Translations under genes and position numbers: made by a program | Assembly (NCBI GenBank): GCA_002269645.1 | Contig: NIVC01001037.1 | Location: 1 to 64,000 of the forward strand | DNA: 64,000 bases | From: Macrostomum lignano | Lineage: Eukaryota | Direction of reading: 5' to 3' | Notes under the pieces: model-generated | Seen by the model: only the letters and a program-made list of their open reading frames with translations | What the model was told of the DNA's origin: nothing | The model's database searches: none | Part shown: positions 27,401 through 40,695 of the stretch, piece by piece | How positions within the stretch are numbered: the stretch's first letter is position 1 | How the letters are laid out: each line of letters begins with the position of its first letter

Positions 27401-30400
27401 AGGATGGCGCCAAGAGCGACGCTGCAAAGGTGAGGCGTGTGCGCTTTATGAGCATAGTGCCATAATAATAATTGATTACATCTGCCCCAGCTCGGTCAGA
27501 TGTGCAACCAACAGTCTCAGCTATCAGCCTCCGCATCTGAAGGCTGCATACGGCTGTTCAGTCCAATTACTATCGGGGTGGGGGTCGCCACACATACCCT
27601 CAGTTACCCCAGCTAATACTTGGCACCCGTTTTACAGCTGGGGTGAACTGAAGCAATGCAGAGTTGAGTGTCTTGTTTAAGGATATAAATGTGTTCCAGT
27701 AGGGTCAGGAATCGAACCCCTGACCTTAAAGTCGTGAGTCCGACAAACTAAATCAATCTTAGTTTAAGCGTATCATGTTGCAGAATTGCTTACTACTAAG
27801 TAAGTAGTGTATAGACGGGCTATTTTGATTGTTCGAATCCCGTCGACCCCCCCCCTCACAGGCCAAAGCTGTTCTCCAGCTCAAACCATTCCGAGTCGAC
27901 TGCCTACTGAACGATCGCCCCCTGATCAGCGTGAACTCCAAGAGCCGCCTGATGTGGGAGTTCCATCAGCAGAAACCCGACGACTCAGCCGACAATTCCG
28001 ACGGTCTCTACGACGAAGAGTTCAAAGGCCACCGCGATGCCAAGCCGCACGGCTCTTCGTCTGTCGGCATGGACGTGGCTTTCCCGGGCTTCGAGCACGT
28101 GTACGGTATCCCGGAGCACGCGGACAGCCTGGCCCTGCGCAGCACAGCCGGCGGCGAGCCCTACCGGCTGTACAACCTGGACGTGTTCGAGTACGAGCTC
28201 AACAACCCCATGGCTCTGTACGGCAGCGTGCCGCTGGTGTACGCGCACTCGGCTAACAACACGGCCGGGGCCTTCTGGCACAACCCGTCCGAGACCTGGG
28301 TTGACGTTCAATCGTCCAAGTCTAGCGGCGGCGGCCTGTCCGCTCTGCTGACCAGCTTCGTCAAGTCCGCCTCGCCGTCCGAGGCCCTGACCGAGACGCA
28401 CTGGATGAGCGAGTCCGGCGTCATCGACCTGTTCCTGTTGCTAAGCGACACTCCGCTGGGCGCGTTCCGGCAGTACGCCAGCCTGACTGGCACCACGCCG
28501 CTGCCGCCGATCTTCTCCATCGCTTATCACCAGTGCCGCTGGAATTATAACGATGAGACCGATGTGCTTGAGGTGAGGCTCATTGACGCACTTGGCGCCA
28601 GCACTTCATGTGTTGAACTGTTAGCGGTTCAGTTTAATCGATTTGTTAAAGAGATTTTGATATTTATATACCGTCGGGACTTTAAATAGACCACACTGAT
28701 GCTGAATAAACCCGATTAGCGCCTTATCTATAGACCCCATTGACGCCTTATCTATAGACCCCATTGACGCCTTATCTATAGACCCCATTGACGCCTTATC
28801 TATAGACCCCATTGACGCCTTATCTATAGACCCCATTGGCGCCTTATCCGACTATTTTTGGTACCTTATCTAAAGACTAAATTGACGCCTAATCTATAGA
28901 CAATACTGATACCAAAACAGATTTACCTTCAGACAACAATCAATACCAATATCATGTCTGCCCCTATACCCTTTCCAGGTTGATCGCAATTTCGACGAAA
29001 ATGACATCCCCTATGACGTCATCTGGCTAGACATCGAGCACACGGACGGGAAGCGCTATTTCACCTGGGACTCGAACAAGTTCCCCAATCCCCAAGGCAT
29101 GCTGGACAAGCTCAACGCCAAGGGCCGTCAGCTGGTGACCGTGGTTGATCCGCATATTAAACGTGACGATAACTGGGCGCTGTACCAGCGGGTTCGCGAC
29201 GGCGACATCGCCGTGAAGAGTCACAAGGATGACGGACTGTACGATGGCTGGTGCTGGCCGGGCTCGTCTGTGTGGCCGGATTTCATTGACCCGGCAGTCA
29301 GGAAGTGAGTCAGTCTTTAGACATTCTGAGTTATTCCCCCGAGCCCTTGCCCATCTGAGCAATACCCATTCAGGTTTTTGGCATTCTGAGTAATTCCCCC
29401 CGAGCCCTGTCCCATCTGAGAAATACCCATTCAGATTTTAGACATTCTGAGTAATTCCCCCCGAGCCCTTGCCCATCTGAGAAATACCCATTCAGATTTT
29501 AGACATTCTGAGTAATTCCCCCCGAGCCCTTGCCCATCTGAGAAATACCCATTCAGCTTTTAGACATTCTGAGTAATTCCCCGTGAGCCCTTGCCCAACT
29601 GAGAAATACCCCTTGAGTATATAGACATTCTGAGAAACCCCCACCCGAGCCCTTGCCCATCTGAGCAATACCCATTCAGCTTTTAGGCATTCTGAGTAAT
29701 CCGCCCGAGCTTTTGCCCATCCGAGCAATACCCATTCACTTGCACTCGCTTCAACAACAGGTGGTGGGCCAACGAATTCAAGGACTACGTAGCCGCCTAC
29801 ACCTGGAACGACATGGGCGAGCCGTCCGTGTTCAACGGGCCTGAGGTGACGATGCACAAGGACGCCAAGCATCACAACGGCTGGGAGCACAGGGAGGTGC
29901 ACAATCTGTACGGTGCGCTCGTCCACCAGGCCTCCTGGGACGGCCAGCTGGTCAAGTCGCCGCAGCGGCGGCCGTTCGTGCTGACCAGGGCGTTCTTTGC
30001 TGGCTCGCAGCGGACTGCGGCTGTGTGGACTGGCGACAATGCGGCTAACTGGGATCACCTCAAGGTGCGCCTGCGTGACCTGTCTGCGTGTCTGCCACTG
30101 GCTGTCTGCCTGTCTTTTTGTCTGTTTAGCAGCTGTCTCTGTGTCCCTGTCTGTCTGTTTTCGACACTAATTGAGACAGACAGTCATAACGACAGTCATA
30201 ATGTCTCTCTTTGTGCCTGTCTTAGCATCTGTCTGTCTGTCTTTCTGTCTCTCTGTCTGTCTGGGTCTGTCTGTCTTAGTGTCTGTCTGTCTGTCTGTCT
30301 GTCTGCCTGCCTGTCTTTCTCTCTCTGTGTCTGTCTTAATGTCTGTCTGTCTGCCTCAGTGTCAGTCTGTCTGTCTGTCTGTCTGTAGTAGCGCCCACTA

Positions 30401-31799
30401 ATTAAGGCCACGCAATTCCTCACCCCTCCTGCAGGCCTCGGTCCCCATGGTGCTGTCCCTGAGCATCACAGGCATCACATTCTCCGGCGCCGACGTCGGA
30501 GGCTTCTTCGGCAACACGGACCCGGAGCTGCTGGTTCGCTGGTACCAGGCCGGCTCTCTGCAGCCGTTCTTCCGAGCCCACGCCCATCTCGACACCCGCC
30601 GACGAGAGCCGTGGTTGTTGGACGCCCAGTACAAGGAGGCCATCCGGTCCGCCATCCTGCTGCGCTACACCCTCCTGCCCTACCTGTACACCCAGTTCTA
30701 CCTGTCAGCCAGGGACGGCCGTCCAGTGATGGCGCCCCTGTGGGTGTACTATCCCAAAGACGAGGCCACGTTCAGCATGGACGATCAGCACCTGCTGGGA
30801 CCGGATCTGCTGTTCAAGCCGGTGACGGAAGCCGGAGCTACCTCGGTTAGTGCAATACTTTTATATGCGTTTATTATACAAACGTATCAGAATCGCCCCT
30901 CAAAGTCAGATCCCCCGTGAGAATCGCCCCTCAGAGTCAGATCCCCCCGTGAGAATCGCCCCCAGAGTCAGATCCCCCGTGAGAATCGCCCCTCAGAGTC
31001 AGATCCCCCGTGAGAATCGCCCCTCAGAGTCAGATCCCCCCGTGAGAATCGCCCCTCAGAGTCGGATCCCCTGTGAGAATCGCCCCTCAGTCAGATCCCC
31101 CGTGAGAATCGCCCCTCAGTCAGATTCCCCGTGAGAATCGCCCCTCAATCAGATCCCCCGTGAGAATCGCCCCTCAGTCAGACCCCCCGTAAGAATCGCC
31201 CCTCAGACGGCATCTCCATCAATTTGCAGCTGTCAGTCTACCTGCCCAAGGACAGCATCTGGTACCGTCACGACACCTGGGAGGGCTTCGGCGGCGGCCA
31301 GACTGTCAGCCTCAGCGTCAGCCTGACGACAATGTCGCTCTTCTACCGAGCCGGCGGCATTGTCGCCAGGCGCGACCGGCCTCGCCGCTCCTCCGCCGCA
31401 ATGCGCCGCGATCCCGTCACCCTCGTGGTGCTGCTGGGCGGTCGCGACCGCCGCGCCTCCGGCCACCTGTACCTGGACGACGGCTACTCGCTTGAGCACA
31501 AGACCAGCTCGGCCTACCTTCACTGCCGCTTCAACTATGCCAACGGCTCGCTGACGAACACGCTGGTGCACTCCAGCCCGGCCTACGCCGACGCCGACCG
31601 GATCAAAGTTGAACGCCTGATCTTTGTGGGCGTGCGCACCAGGCCGAAGTCTGTCGTGCTGCCCGACGGCGGGGTGGGCGAGTTCACCTACACGGAGCAG
31701 TCCCGGCTGCTGGTGATCCGCCGGCCCAACCTGCCCGTTGCCAAGGCCTGGACTGTCCGCCTGATGGACGCCTCCGCCAACGGCCACGACGAACTGTAG
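24463..31799 (+). CDS. GANAB: Glucosidase II alpha subunit (GH31), 7 exons
   Basis: Exons 24463-24557, 27057-27429, 27862-28572, 28979-29304, 29761-30064, 30435-30845, 31230-31799; phases 2,0,0,2,0,0 are consistent. Signal peptide then [17 protein letters not shown]; [12 protein letters not shown]; [19 protein letters not shown]; [14 protein letters not shown]; [10 protein letters not shown]; [16 protein letters not shown]; C-terminal HDEL. Confidence 0.95.
25102..25266. mobile_element. hAT-type MITE (165 bp) in GANAB intron 1
   Basis: 11-bp TIR CAGGGGCATAG / CTATGCCCCTG. 8-bp TSD TTAATAAT at 25094-25101 and 25267-25274. Confidence 0.88.
27463..27752 (-). mobile_element. tRNA-derived SINE family 1 (CORE/MIR-like middle), in GANAB intron 2
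   Basis: Reverse complement of the element at 41519-41822, with B-box GGTTCGATTCC and a CORE-like CTTCAGTTCACCCCAGCTGTAAAACGGG segment. Confidence 0.8.
28720..28845. repeat. 24-bp intronic minisatellite (TTGACGCCTTATCTATAGACCCCA)
   Basis: About 5 copies in GANAB intron 3. Confidence 0.9.
29315..29735. repeat. ~61-bp intronic minisatellite
   Basis: About 7 copies of GACATTCTGAGTAATTCCCCCGAGCCCTTGCCCATCTGAGAAATACCCATTCAG, filling GANAB intron 4. Confidence 0.9.
30075..30387. repeat. (TGTC)n-rich microsatellite in GANAB intron 5
   Basis: Degenerate TGTC/CTGT runs. Confidence 0.85.
30888..31206. repeat. 29-32 bp intronic minisatellite (GAGAATCGCCCCTCAGAGTCAGATCCCCCGT)
   Basis: About 10 copies in GANAB intron 6. 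Confidence 0.9.
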
Positions 31800-31914
31800 C
31801 CGCTTGCGGCTTGGTGACCCTAAGCGAAATTTTAGTTTAGCTATTGGAGCTGTTCTGAGCCATGGCCGCGTGGTAGCTGGCGGTTTGAGACAGTGACTGG
31901 CTATCACTCCCACA

Positions 31915-32150
31915 TCCTCAGTTGCTGGGCCAGCTTCCCAGTGTCAGTTGCTGGGCCAGCCTCCCAGATCCTCAGTTGCTGGGCCAGCCTCCCAGATCCT
32001 CAGTTGCTGGGCCAGCCTCCCAGATCCTCAGTTGCTGGGCCAGCCTCCCAGATCCTCAGTTGCTGGGCCAGCCTCCCAGATCCCCAGTTGCTGGGCCAGC
32101 CTCCCAGATCCTCAGTTGCTGGGCCAGCCTCCCAGATCCCCAGTTGCTAT
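31915..32150. repeat. 28-bp minisatellite (CCTCAGTTGCTGGGCCAGCCTCCCAGAT) downstream of the GANAB stop
   Basis: About 8 copies. Confidence 0.9.
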
Positions 32151-32919
32151 GTGACTATGGGATCAATCGACAATTTGCTTACTAATCATTCAGGCCAATG
32201 GCAATGCAGCGCTAATATTTACTAAACATTTCACATTTGGCTTAACTTTATGTTTAATGTTTAGCCTCACTGCTAGTTATTTTAAGCGGCTTAAGAAATT
32301 GCTCTGACCACTGTTGCAGGTACTTTCTATCCTACAAAACTGATCTAGTTTTTTACTATCCAAAAATGTAGAACTTTGCTTCTGTGCACTCCTGGCTCTC
32401 TATCTATGAAATATGAAGTTTTTTAAAGCCGAATGTTTTTCCGTAATTTGTTTCATATCTAAGTTATTTACTGTTTATGATTAATTCTGCTTAAATTCTT
32501 ATATTAGGTCGAATTCGCGCTAGTTTTGCTTTCTATAACCGCTTCTGTGTTTCTTGTGTCTCTGTGCACTTTCTTGAAGTGTTTTTCGCCGCTGTTAAAT
32601 GATCTTTTAGTCACAATCAAATTTCATAGCCTGTCTGTCATCAGCCCCCCTCCCAAGATATTTAACTTAGTAATCCTTTTGTACCGGACATAAGGTTAAA
32701 GACCGTCTCGTGCCAACTTTGAAATTTAATTAATCAGTGCGCACACCAACAAGTGCCCAGTTCTGTCTGTGACACACTTTCTCATTTCTCTAGCAATTGC
32801 TCCTGGTGGACTGTTTACACTCATAACTTTGTGAGTTTTCCTTCAAGTTGTGCAATATCTTCACTGGGTTAATAGTATAGTTGTATTTTTTCCTTTTTCT
32901 TTTTGTCTGAGAATAGTAA

Positions 32920-33290
32920 CGTCAAGGTCACGACCTTAAAAAGTTACCAGATCATGACCTTAAAACTATGTGGTTAGGTCACGGCCTGAAGACTTTGAGG
33001 TCACGACATGAAAACTATGAGGTTACGACCTGAAGACTTTGAGGTCATGACCTGAAAACTTTGAGGTCACGACCTGAAAACTATTAGGTCATGACCTAAA
33101 AACGTTAAGGTCACGACCTTAAAAGTATGACGTCACGACCTGAAAACTATTAGGTCACGGCCTGAAGACTTTGAGGTCACGACCTGAAAACTTTGAGGTC
33201 ATCGCAATCTTAATGATTAAGATGATCGCTGTTTGCCTAATGATTAAGATTATTAAGAGGTTATTAAGATTATTAATCTTAATAACCTCA
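32920..33290. repeat. ~20-bp AGGTCA(C/T)GACCT tandem repeat followed by a 33-bp near-perfect palindrome
   Basis: About 13 units. Palindrome GAGGTTATTAAGATTA-T-TAATCTTAATAACCTC at 33257-33289. Confidence 0.75.
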
Positions 33291-34169
33291 TAAACCCATA
33301 AGCAGTAAGATCACGTCTTGAAAGACATTGTAGTCATGACCTGACAACTGCGAGGTCGCGACCTTCACCTTGGCTTGAAAAAATGCTTAAAAGTACATTT
33401 TACGCCAGCTTAGTGTGTTTTTTCGAGTACCACGTAATTGCGCCGTCATTTTTACTTAACGTATCTGTTTCCCATTGCCAAAAAAGCATGCTCTTAAGTC
33501 TCTTGCTCTTTCGGTTAACTCAATAGTGAGACATTCTGTGCTTTATTATATTTCACTGACTACCAGCTGGGATCAAATCAATGTGCTCGGTTGAATTCCC
33601 AGTTAGAAATCCCTCGGTTTTGTGTTTGCCATCTGCAACCCGATAATTGTTACTGCAACACTGGTCACTGTTTGCCTATACCGTGAATTGCACATCATTG
33701 CGCAGACCTTACACATGTTACAGTTTCCTAAGCGTGTCTTTATCCATCACTTCTGCTCATAATCAGATCTGCTTTTTATCTTGTCTTTATTGCATTATTT
33801 CAAATGCTAAAATCCTTGCGTGTTTCTGTTTATTTCTGTCAGTCTGTCTGTCAATCCTCACTTCACAACCGGTTTCTGACGTACTGAACTGTAGTCCCTA
33901 TTGATAATTAGACTATAATGACTCTGTAGCAATTAGTTTTTTGTAGTTCCCTGGTTGTGTGGCACATTAGTTTACGAGTATAATTTGGATTAAGCGAAGT
34001 TAAACAATTAATACATAAATATATTATACAACATTCAGTGCCATAAAACCGTTTATTATTAAAAACTGATTGACAAATACTTTTGTGCTGGTGTTGCCTT
34101 ATTTAAAGTTTGAAAGCTCAAGTTTTATAGATTGCGACTGCTGTGAAGCTTATTTTAATTTATAATTGG

Positions 34170-35170
34170 GCTCTGTTGCCTCTCTGTGTCTGCTGTGTCT
34201 GCCGGTGCCTCTGTCTGTGTCTGCCGCTGCCTGTCTGTGTCTGCCGGTGCCTCTGTCTGTGTCTGCCGCTGCCTGTCTGTGTATGCCGGTGCCTCTGTCT
34301 GTGTCTGCCGCTGCCTGTCTGTGTATGCCGGTGCCTCTGTCTGTGTCTGCCGGTGCCTCTGGCAGTGTCTGCCGTGCCTGTCTGTGTCTGCCAATGCCTC
34401 TGGCAGTGTCTGCCGTGTCTGTCTGTGTCTGCCAATGCCTCTGGCAGTGTCTGCCGTGTCTGTCTGTGTCTGCCAATGCCTCTGGCAGTGTCTGCCTGCC
34501 TGTCTGTGTCTGCCGCTGCCTGTCTGTGTCTGCCGCTGCCTGTCTGTGTCTGCCGGTGCCTCTGGCAGTGTCTGCCGTGCCTGTCTGTGTCTGCCAATGC
34601 CTCTGGCAGTGTCTGCCTGCCTGTCTGTGTCTGCCGCTGCCTGTCTGTGTCTGCCGCTGCCTGTCTGTGTCTGCCGGTGCCTCTGGCAGTGTCTGCCGTG
34701 CCTGTCTGTGTCTGCCAATGCCTCTGGCAGTGTCTGCCGTGTCTGTCTGTGTCTGCCAATGCCTCTGGCAGTGTCTGCCTGCCTGTCTGTGTCTGCCGCT
34801 GCCTGTCTGTGTCTGCCGCTGCCTGTCTGTGTCTGCCGGTGCCTCTGGCAGTGTCTGCCGTGCCTGTCTGTGTCTGCCAATGCCTCTGGCAGTGTCTGCC
34901 GTGTCTGTCTGTGTCTGCCAATGCCTCTGGCAGTGTCTGCCTGCCTGTCTGTGTCTGCCGCTGCCTGTCTGTGTCTGCCGCTGCCTGTCTGTGTCTGCCG
35001 GTGCCTCTGGCAGTGTCTGCCGTGCCTGTCTGTGTCTGCCAATGCCTCTGGCAGTGTCTGCCGTGCCTGTCTGGGTCTGCCGCCGCGTCTCTTTAACTGT
35101 TGTTGCCTGTCTGCCGCTGCCTGTCTGTCTGCTAGTGCATCTGGCCATGTCTCCATGTCTGCCGCTGTCT
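34170..35170. repeat. Compound TGTCTGCC-based satellite
   Basis: Higher-order blocks of GCCTCTGGCAGTGTCTGCC, TGTCTGTGTCTGCC and GCTGCC. Confidence 0.92.
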
Positions 35171-35464
35171 GTCCTGTGTTTGCTACCTCTTCTATTTTAA
35201 TCATTGGTTCTTCCGTGCCTCTCGGGCTGCCTCATGGTTTCATAAGCATTGTATTTTTTGTCTCTGCTAGAGCCCTAAGTCTTGGTTAAAGTAGGTTATC
35301 CGTCTTGTTTTTAGTCAGGTACAGCAATTGTTTGAGTTAAAAAAGCCAGTTTATATCTACGACTTTTATCTCTTGATGAACAGGGGACCGATTGAAACCG
35401 CATAGTTGCTAAGCGCTGGTAGGCAGGCCAACTGCAGCCTTAGAAGATCGGCTACTCCGCCATC

Positions 35465-37510
35465 ATGATGAACTCAACTGACGGCTCGTGCGAATCCAAC
35501 AGCCGGTCCGCCCGCTGCCGCGGCTTCATCGATCAACTCGCTGAGCAGCGCTGGCTTCGCGGCTCGGCTTACCTGCTGCTGTACTTCCTGCTGTTCATGC
35601 CGTCTCTGGCCATGCTGTTCATGGCCATCGAGGGCCCGGTGGAAGAGCAGGAGAAGATCGCCCTGCGGCTGGCTAGGCTGGACTTCCTGGCTAATCACAC
35701 CTGTCTGAGCGATGCCGAGCTAGAGCGCTTCCTGGCCATCGTGCTGGCGACTAACAATCGAGGCGTCTCCGCGCTGCGCAACGCCAGCCAGGGCCGCTCC
35801 AACTGGAGCTTCGGCCAGTCCCTGTTCTTCGCCACCACCGTGGTCACCACCATCGGCTACGGCCGCACCGCTCCGCTGTCCCATCTGGGCAAGGCCATGT
35901 GCATCGCTGTTGCTCTCATTGGCATCCCGCTCACCTTGCTGGCCTTCTCGCTCACCGCCGGCTGGCTCAGGCGCCTCTCGCTGCGGCTGCTGGTCTGGCT
36001 GAGGAACTGGTTCCCGCCCGATAGACAGGTGAGAGTCTGCAGCTCCCTGATCAGTCCCTGAATATGCCTCTCCGCTCCCTGATCAGTCCCTGAGTCTGCC
36101 TCTCCGCTCCCTGATCAGTCCCTGAGTCTGCCTCTCCGCTCCCTGATCAGTCCCTGAGTCTGCCTCTCCGCTCCCTGATCCGTCCCTGAGTCTGCAGCTC
36201 CCTGATCAGTCCCTGAGTCTGCCTCTCCACTCCCTGATCAGTCCCTGAGTCTGCCTCTCCGCTTCCTGATCAGTCCCTGAGTCTGCCTCTCCGCTCCCTG
36301 ATCCGTCCCTGAGTCTGCCTCTCCGCTCCCTGATCCGTCCCTGAGTCTGCCTCTCCGCTCCCTGATCCGTCCCTGAGTCTGCAGCTCCCTGATCAGTCCC
36401 TGAGTCTGCCTCTCCGCTCCCTGATCAGTCCCTGAGTCTGCCTCTCCGCTCCCTGATCAGTCCCTGAGTCTGCCTCTCCGCTCCCTGATCAGTCCCTGAG
36501 TCTGCCTCTCCGCTCCCTGATCCGTCCCTGAGTCTGCAGCTCCCTGATCAGTCCCTGAGTCTGCCTCTCCGCTCCCTGATCAGTCCCTGAGTCTGCCTCT
36601 CCGCTTCCTGATCAGTCCCTGAGTCTGCAGCTCCGCTCCCTGATCAGTCCCTGAGTCTGCCTCTCCGCTCCCTGATCCGTCCCTGAGTCTGCCTCTCCGC
36701 TCCCTGATCCGTCCCTGAGTCTGCAGCTCCCTGATCAGTCCCTGAGTCTGCCTCTCCGCTCCCTGATCAGTCCCTGAGTCTTCAGCTCCGCTCCCAGAGC
36801 AGTCCCTGAGTCTGCAGCTCCGCTCCCTGATCAGTCCCTGAGTCTGCAGCTCCGCTCCCTGATCAGTCCCTGAGTCTACCTCTCCGCTCCCTGATCAGTC
36901 CCTGAATCTTCCATGGACAACTAAAGTCCTCCATTCCAACCCATGAGTCTACTTTAGTTGTCTATGGGCTCAGTTTTCATGTGGGCAAAATTCAGCCCGT
37001 GGATCATGACTAAATTCCCGCCTGCAGTCTCGTGCCGCCCTGCTCCACCTGTGCCTGATTTTCACCTGCCTGCTCGTCTGCTTCCTGCTGATCCCTGCCG
37101 CCGCATTCGCCCAATTGGAGCGGGACTGGACCTACCTGGACGCATTCTACTACTGCGTGATCTCGCTGACCACCGTCGGCCTGGGCGACTTCATCGTTGG
37201 CGAGCACCCTGACCAGGAGAACCGCCTGCTGTACAAAATATTCGCGGTCGTTTACCTGTACGTCGGCCTCATCTTCCTGGTGTTTGCGTTGCGCAGCTTC
37301 GCCGACCTGCCCGACCTGAATCCGGGCCGGTTCATCTACTCCGAAGACCTGGACGCCCTTATTGACAGCGACCGGTACGATGTCTCCACGGGGTGCAGCG
37401 GCGGTGGCAGCGAGGAAGCCAAACTGCTGTCGCCGTCGAGCCTGGGTTCAGCAACGGCATCTGGCGGCAGCGTCGGACCGCGCGGCTACGACTCGACAGG
37501 GGTCAAATAA
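35465..37510 (+). CDS. Two-pore-domain K+ channel, TWIK (KCNK1/KCNK6-like), 2 exons, 348 aa
   Basis: Exons 35465-36028 and 37028-37510 (phase 0). Cap NHTCLSDAELERFL..NNRGVSALRNAS; P1 FFATTVVTTIGYG; P2 YYCVISLTTVGLGDF. The GYG/GLG pair is typical of TWIK. Confidence 0.92.
36030..36905. repeat. 32-bp intronic minisatellite (GTCCCTGAGTCTGCCTCTCCGCTCCCTGATCA)
   Basis: Starts at the GTGAGA donor and fills most of the K2P intron. Confidence 0.93.
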
Positions 37511-37949
37511 GGACAAATCATCAGTTAGGGATTTCCCTAACACTCAACACCCATCTGAGACCGGGGGTCGGGACGTAACTGTTTTGCGCCACATGCACAT
37601 TGGGGTCGGGTGGTGGGACTAAAGTTAAGATGAATGTTTTCACTTTCAATGTAAGGGCTGAGGGGAGCTCTTAAGTTCTTAGAATCGGGGACTCAAGAAA
37701 CAAAGACAGAAATCTTTACACAACACGCACGTGGAGGTTGGAAATTGGAATGGGGGGTTTAAAGTTAAAATATGTTTTCATTTTCAATACAAAGGGAGCT
37801 CTTAAATTCCTGGGGTCAGGGACTCAAACAACACATTATTGACACCACATGCACGTTGTGTTTGGGATGGTGGGGGCTTAAGTTAAGATGAATGAAGCCA
37901 ATAGGGAAGCATCAAAGAAGGCCAGATTGCAAAGGAGGCTTCTTGGAAA

Positions 37950-38420
37950 CCAGCTGATGAGTAGGCCATCGGCCTCGCAGATCTTGGTAAGAAATGGAGA
38001 TTTTGTTACTTTCGTCACCTAAACAATATGAGAAAATGAGAGAAGGGAGAGAGGAGAGAGTGAGAAAGGGGGCAGAAAAAAGAGAGGAAAGAAGAGAGGA
38101 GAGGCAAGAGACGATAGAGGAGAGGACGTTCGCCCTTGGCCTCAATTGTGCGGTCTCTGCAACTTGAGCAGCAGCACTTCGTGTAGCGGCTCAGGGCAGC
38201 GGGCCTCCGACCGGATGACGTGGCCAGCCAGTCGAAGTCGTCGGCTCTCATCGCCCGCGCAGCAGGTCAGAGGGCCGCATCGGGCAAGCTTTTGTGTGGC
38301 ATTGGTCTCGCTGTCTAGACTGATGCGCACTCCAAACGCCGCACGCAGCATGGCCGCATGCGCAGCGTCCAGCTGCCTCTCCAAGGCGTTCATCAGGGCA
38401 GGTCTCGGTGCTGTACAACA
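37950..38420 (-). mobile_element. Degenerate, 5'-truncated LINE (RTE-like) ORF2 C-terminal remnant
   Basis: Translation LERQLDAAHAAMLRAAF...RRLRLAGHVIR...VLLLK matches the post-RT LDG.Y.RMLR / RRLR.AGH motifs of non-LTR elements. Confidence 0.6.
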
Positions 38421-38444
38421 GTTACGGAAAGTTTACTGGCTACG

Positions 38445-40695
38445 GCTACGGATATGGATACGGATAGGCTACGGATATGGATAGGCTACGGGGATACGGA
38501 TAGGCTACATGTATGGATAGGCTACGGATATGGATACGGATAGGCTACGGATACGGATAGGCTACGGATATGGATACGGATAGGCTACGGATACGGATAG
38601 GCTACGGATATGGATACGGATAGGCTACGGATATGGATACGGATAGGCTACGGATACGGATAGGCTACGGATATGGATACGGATAGGCTACGGATACGGA
38701 TAGGCTACGGATATGGATACGGATAGGCTACGGATACGGATAGGCTACGGATATGGATACGGATAGGCTACGGATATGGATACGGATAGGCTACGGATAC
38801 GGATAGGCTACGGATATGGATGCGGATAGGCTACGGATATGGATACGGATAGGCTACGGATACGGATAGGCTACGGATATGGATAGGCTACGGGGATACG
38901 GATAGGCTACGGGTATGGATACGGATAGGCTACGGGTATGGATACGGATAGGCTACGGGTATGGATACGGATAGGCTACGGGTATGGATACGGATAGGCT
39001 ACGGATATGGATGTGGATAGGCTACGGATATGGATAGGCTACGGGGATACGGATAGGCTACGGATATGGATAGGCTACGGGGATACGGATAGGCTACGGG
39101 TATGGATACGGATAGGCTACGGGTATGGATACGGATAGGCTACGGATATGGATTTGGATAGGCTACGGGTATGGATACGGATAGACTACGGATATGGATA
39201 CGGATAGGCTACAGATATGGATGCGGATAGGCTACAGATATGGATGCGGATAGGCTACAGATATGGATGCGGATAGGCTACAGATATGGATACGGATAGG
39301 CTACGGATATGGATAGGCTACGGGGATACGGATAGGCTACGGGTATGGATACGGATAGGCTACGGGTATGGATACGGATAGGCTACGGATATGGATTTGG
39401 ATAGGCTACGGGTATGGATACGGATAGGCTACAGATATGGATGCGGATAGGCTACAGATATGGATACGGATAGGCTACAGATATGGATACGGATAGGCTG
39501 CGGATATGGATGCGGATAGGCTACAGATATGGATATGGATAGGCTACGGGGATACGGATAGGCTACGGATATGGATACGGATAGGCTACAGATATGGATG
39601 CGGATAGGCTACGGATATGGATGCGGATAGGCTACGGATATGGATGCGGATAGGCTACGGATATGGATACGGATAGGCTACAGATATGGATACGGATAGG
39701 CTGCGGATATGGATGCGGATAGGCTACAGATATGGATGCGGATAGGCTACGGATATGGATACGGATAGGCTACGGATATGAATGCGGATAGGCTACGGAT
39801 ATGGATACGGATAGGCTACGGATATGGATACGGATAGGCTACGGGTATGGATGCGAATAGGCTACAGATATGGATACGGATAGGCTACGGATATGGATGC
39901 GGATAGGCTACGGATATGGATGTGGATAGGCTACTGATATGGATACGGATAGGCTACGGATATGGATACGGATAGGCTACGGATATGGATGCGGATAGGC
40001 TACAGATATGGATGCGGATAGGCTACGGATATGGATGCGGATAGGATACGGATATGGATGCGGATAGGCTACGGATATGGATGCGGATAGGCTACGGATA
40101 TGGATGCGGATAGGCTACGGATATGGATACGGATAGGCTACGGATATGGATGCGGATAGGCTACAGATATGGATGCGGATAGGCTACGGATATGGATACG
40201 GATAGGCTACGGATATGGATACGGATAGGCTACGGATATGGATGCGGATAGGCTACGGATATGGATGCGGATAGGCTACAGATATGGATACGGATAGGCT
40301 ACGGATATGGATACGGATAGGCTACGGATATGGATGCGGATAGGCTACGGATATGGATGCGGATAGGCTACTGATATGGATACGGATAGGCTACGGATAT
40401 GGATACGGATAGGCTACGGATATGGATACGGATAGGCTACGGATATGGATGCGGATAGGCTACGGATATGGATGCGGATAGGCTACGGATATGGATGCGG
40501 ATAGGCTACGGATATGGATACGGATAGGCTACGGATATGGATGCGGATAGGCTACGGATATGGATGCGGATAGGCTACGGATATGGATGCGGATAGGCTA
40601 CGGATATCGATACGGATAGGCTACAAATATGGATGCGGATAGGCTACGGATATGGATGCGGATAGGCTACGGATATGGATGCGGATAGGCTACGG
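38445..40695. repeat. 23-bp satellite (GGATAGGCTACGGATATGGATAC) with 17-bp variants
   Basis: About 2.25 kb continuous array. Confidence 0.96.

Noticed and set aside
34143-35289. Six overlapping ~250-370 aa ORFs
   Set aside because: Translations of a TGTC-based satellite; no protein features.
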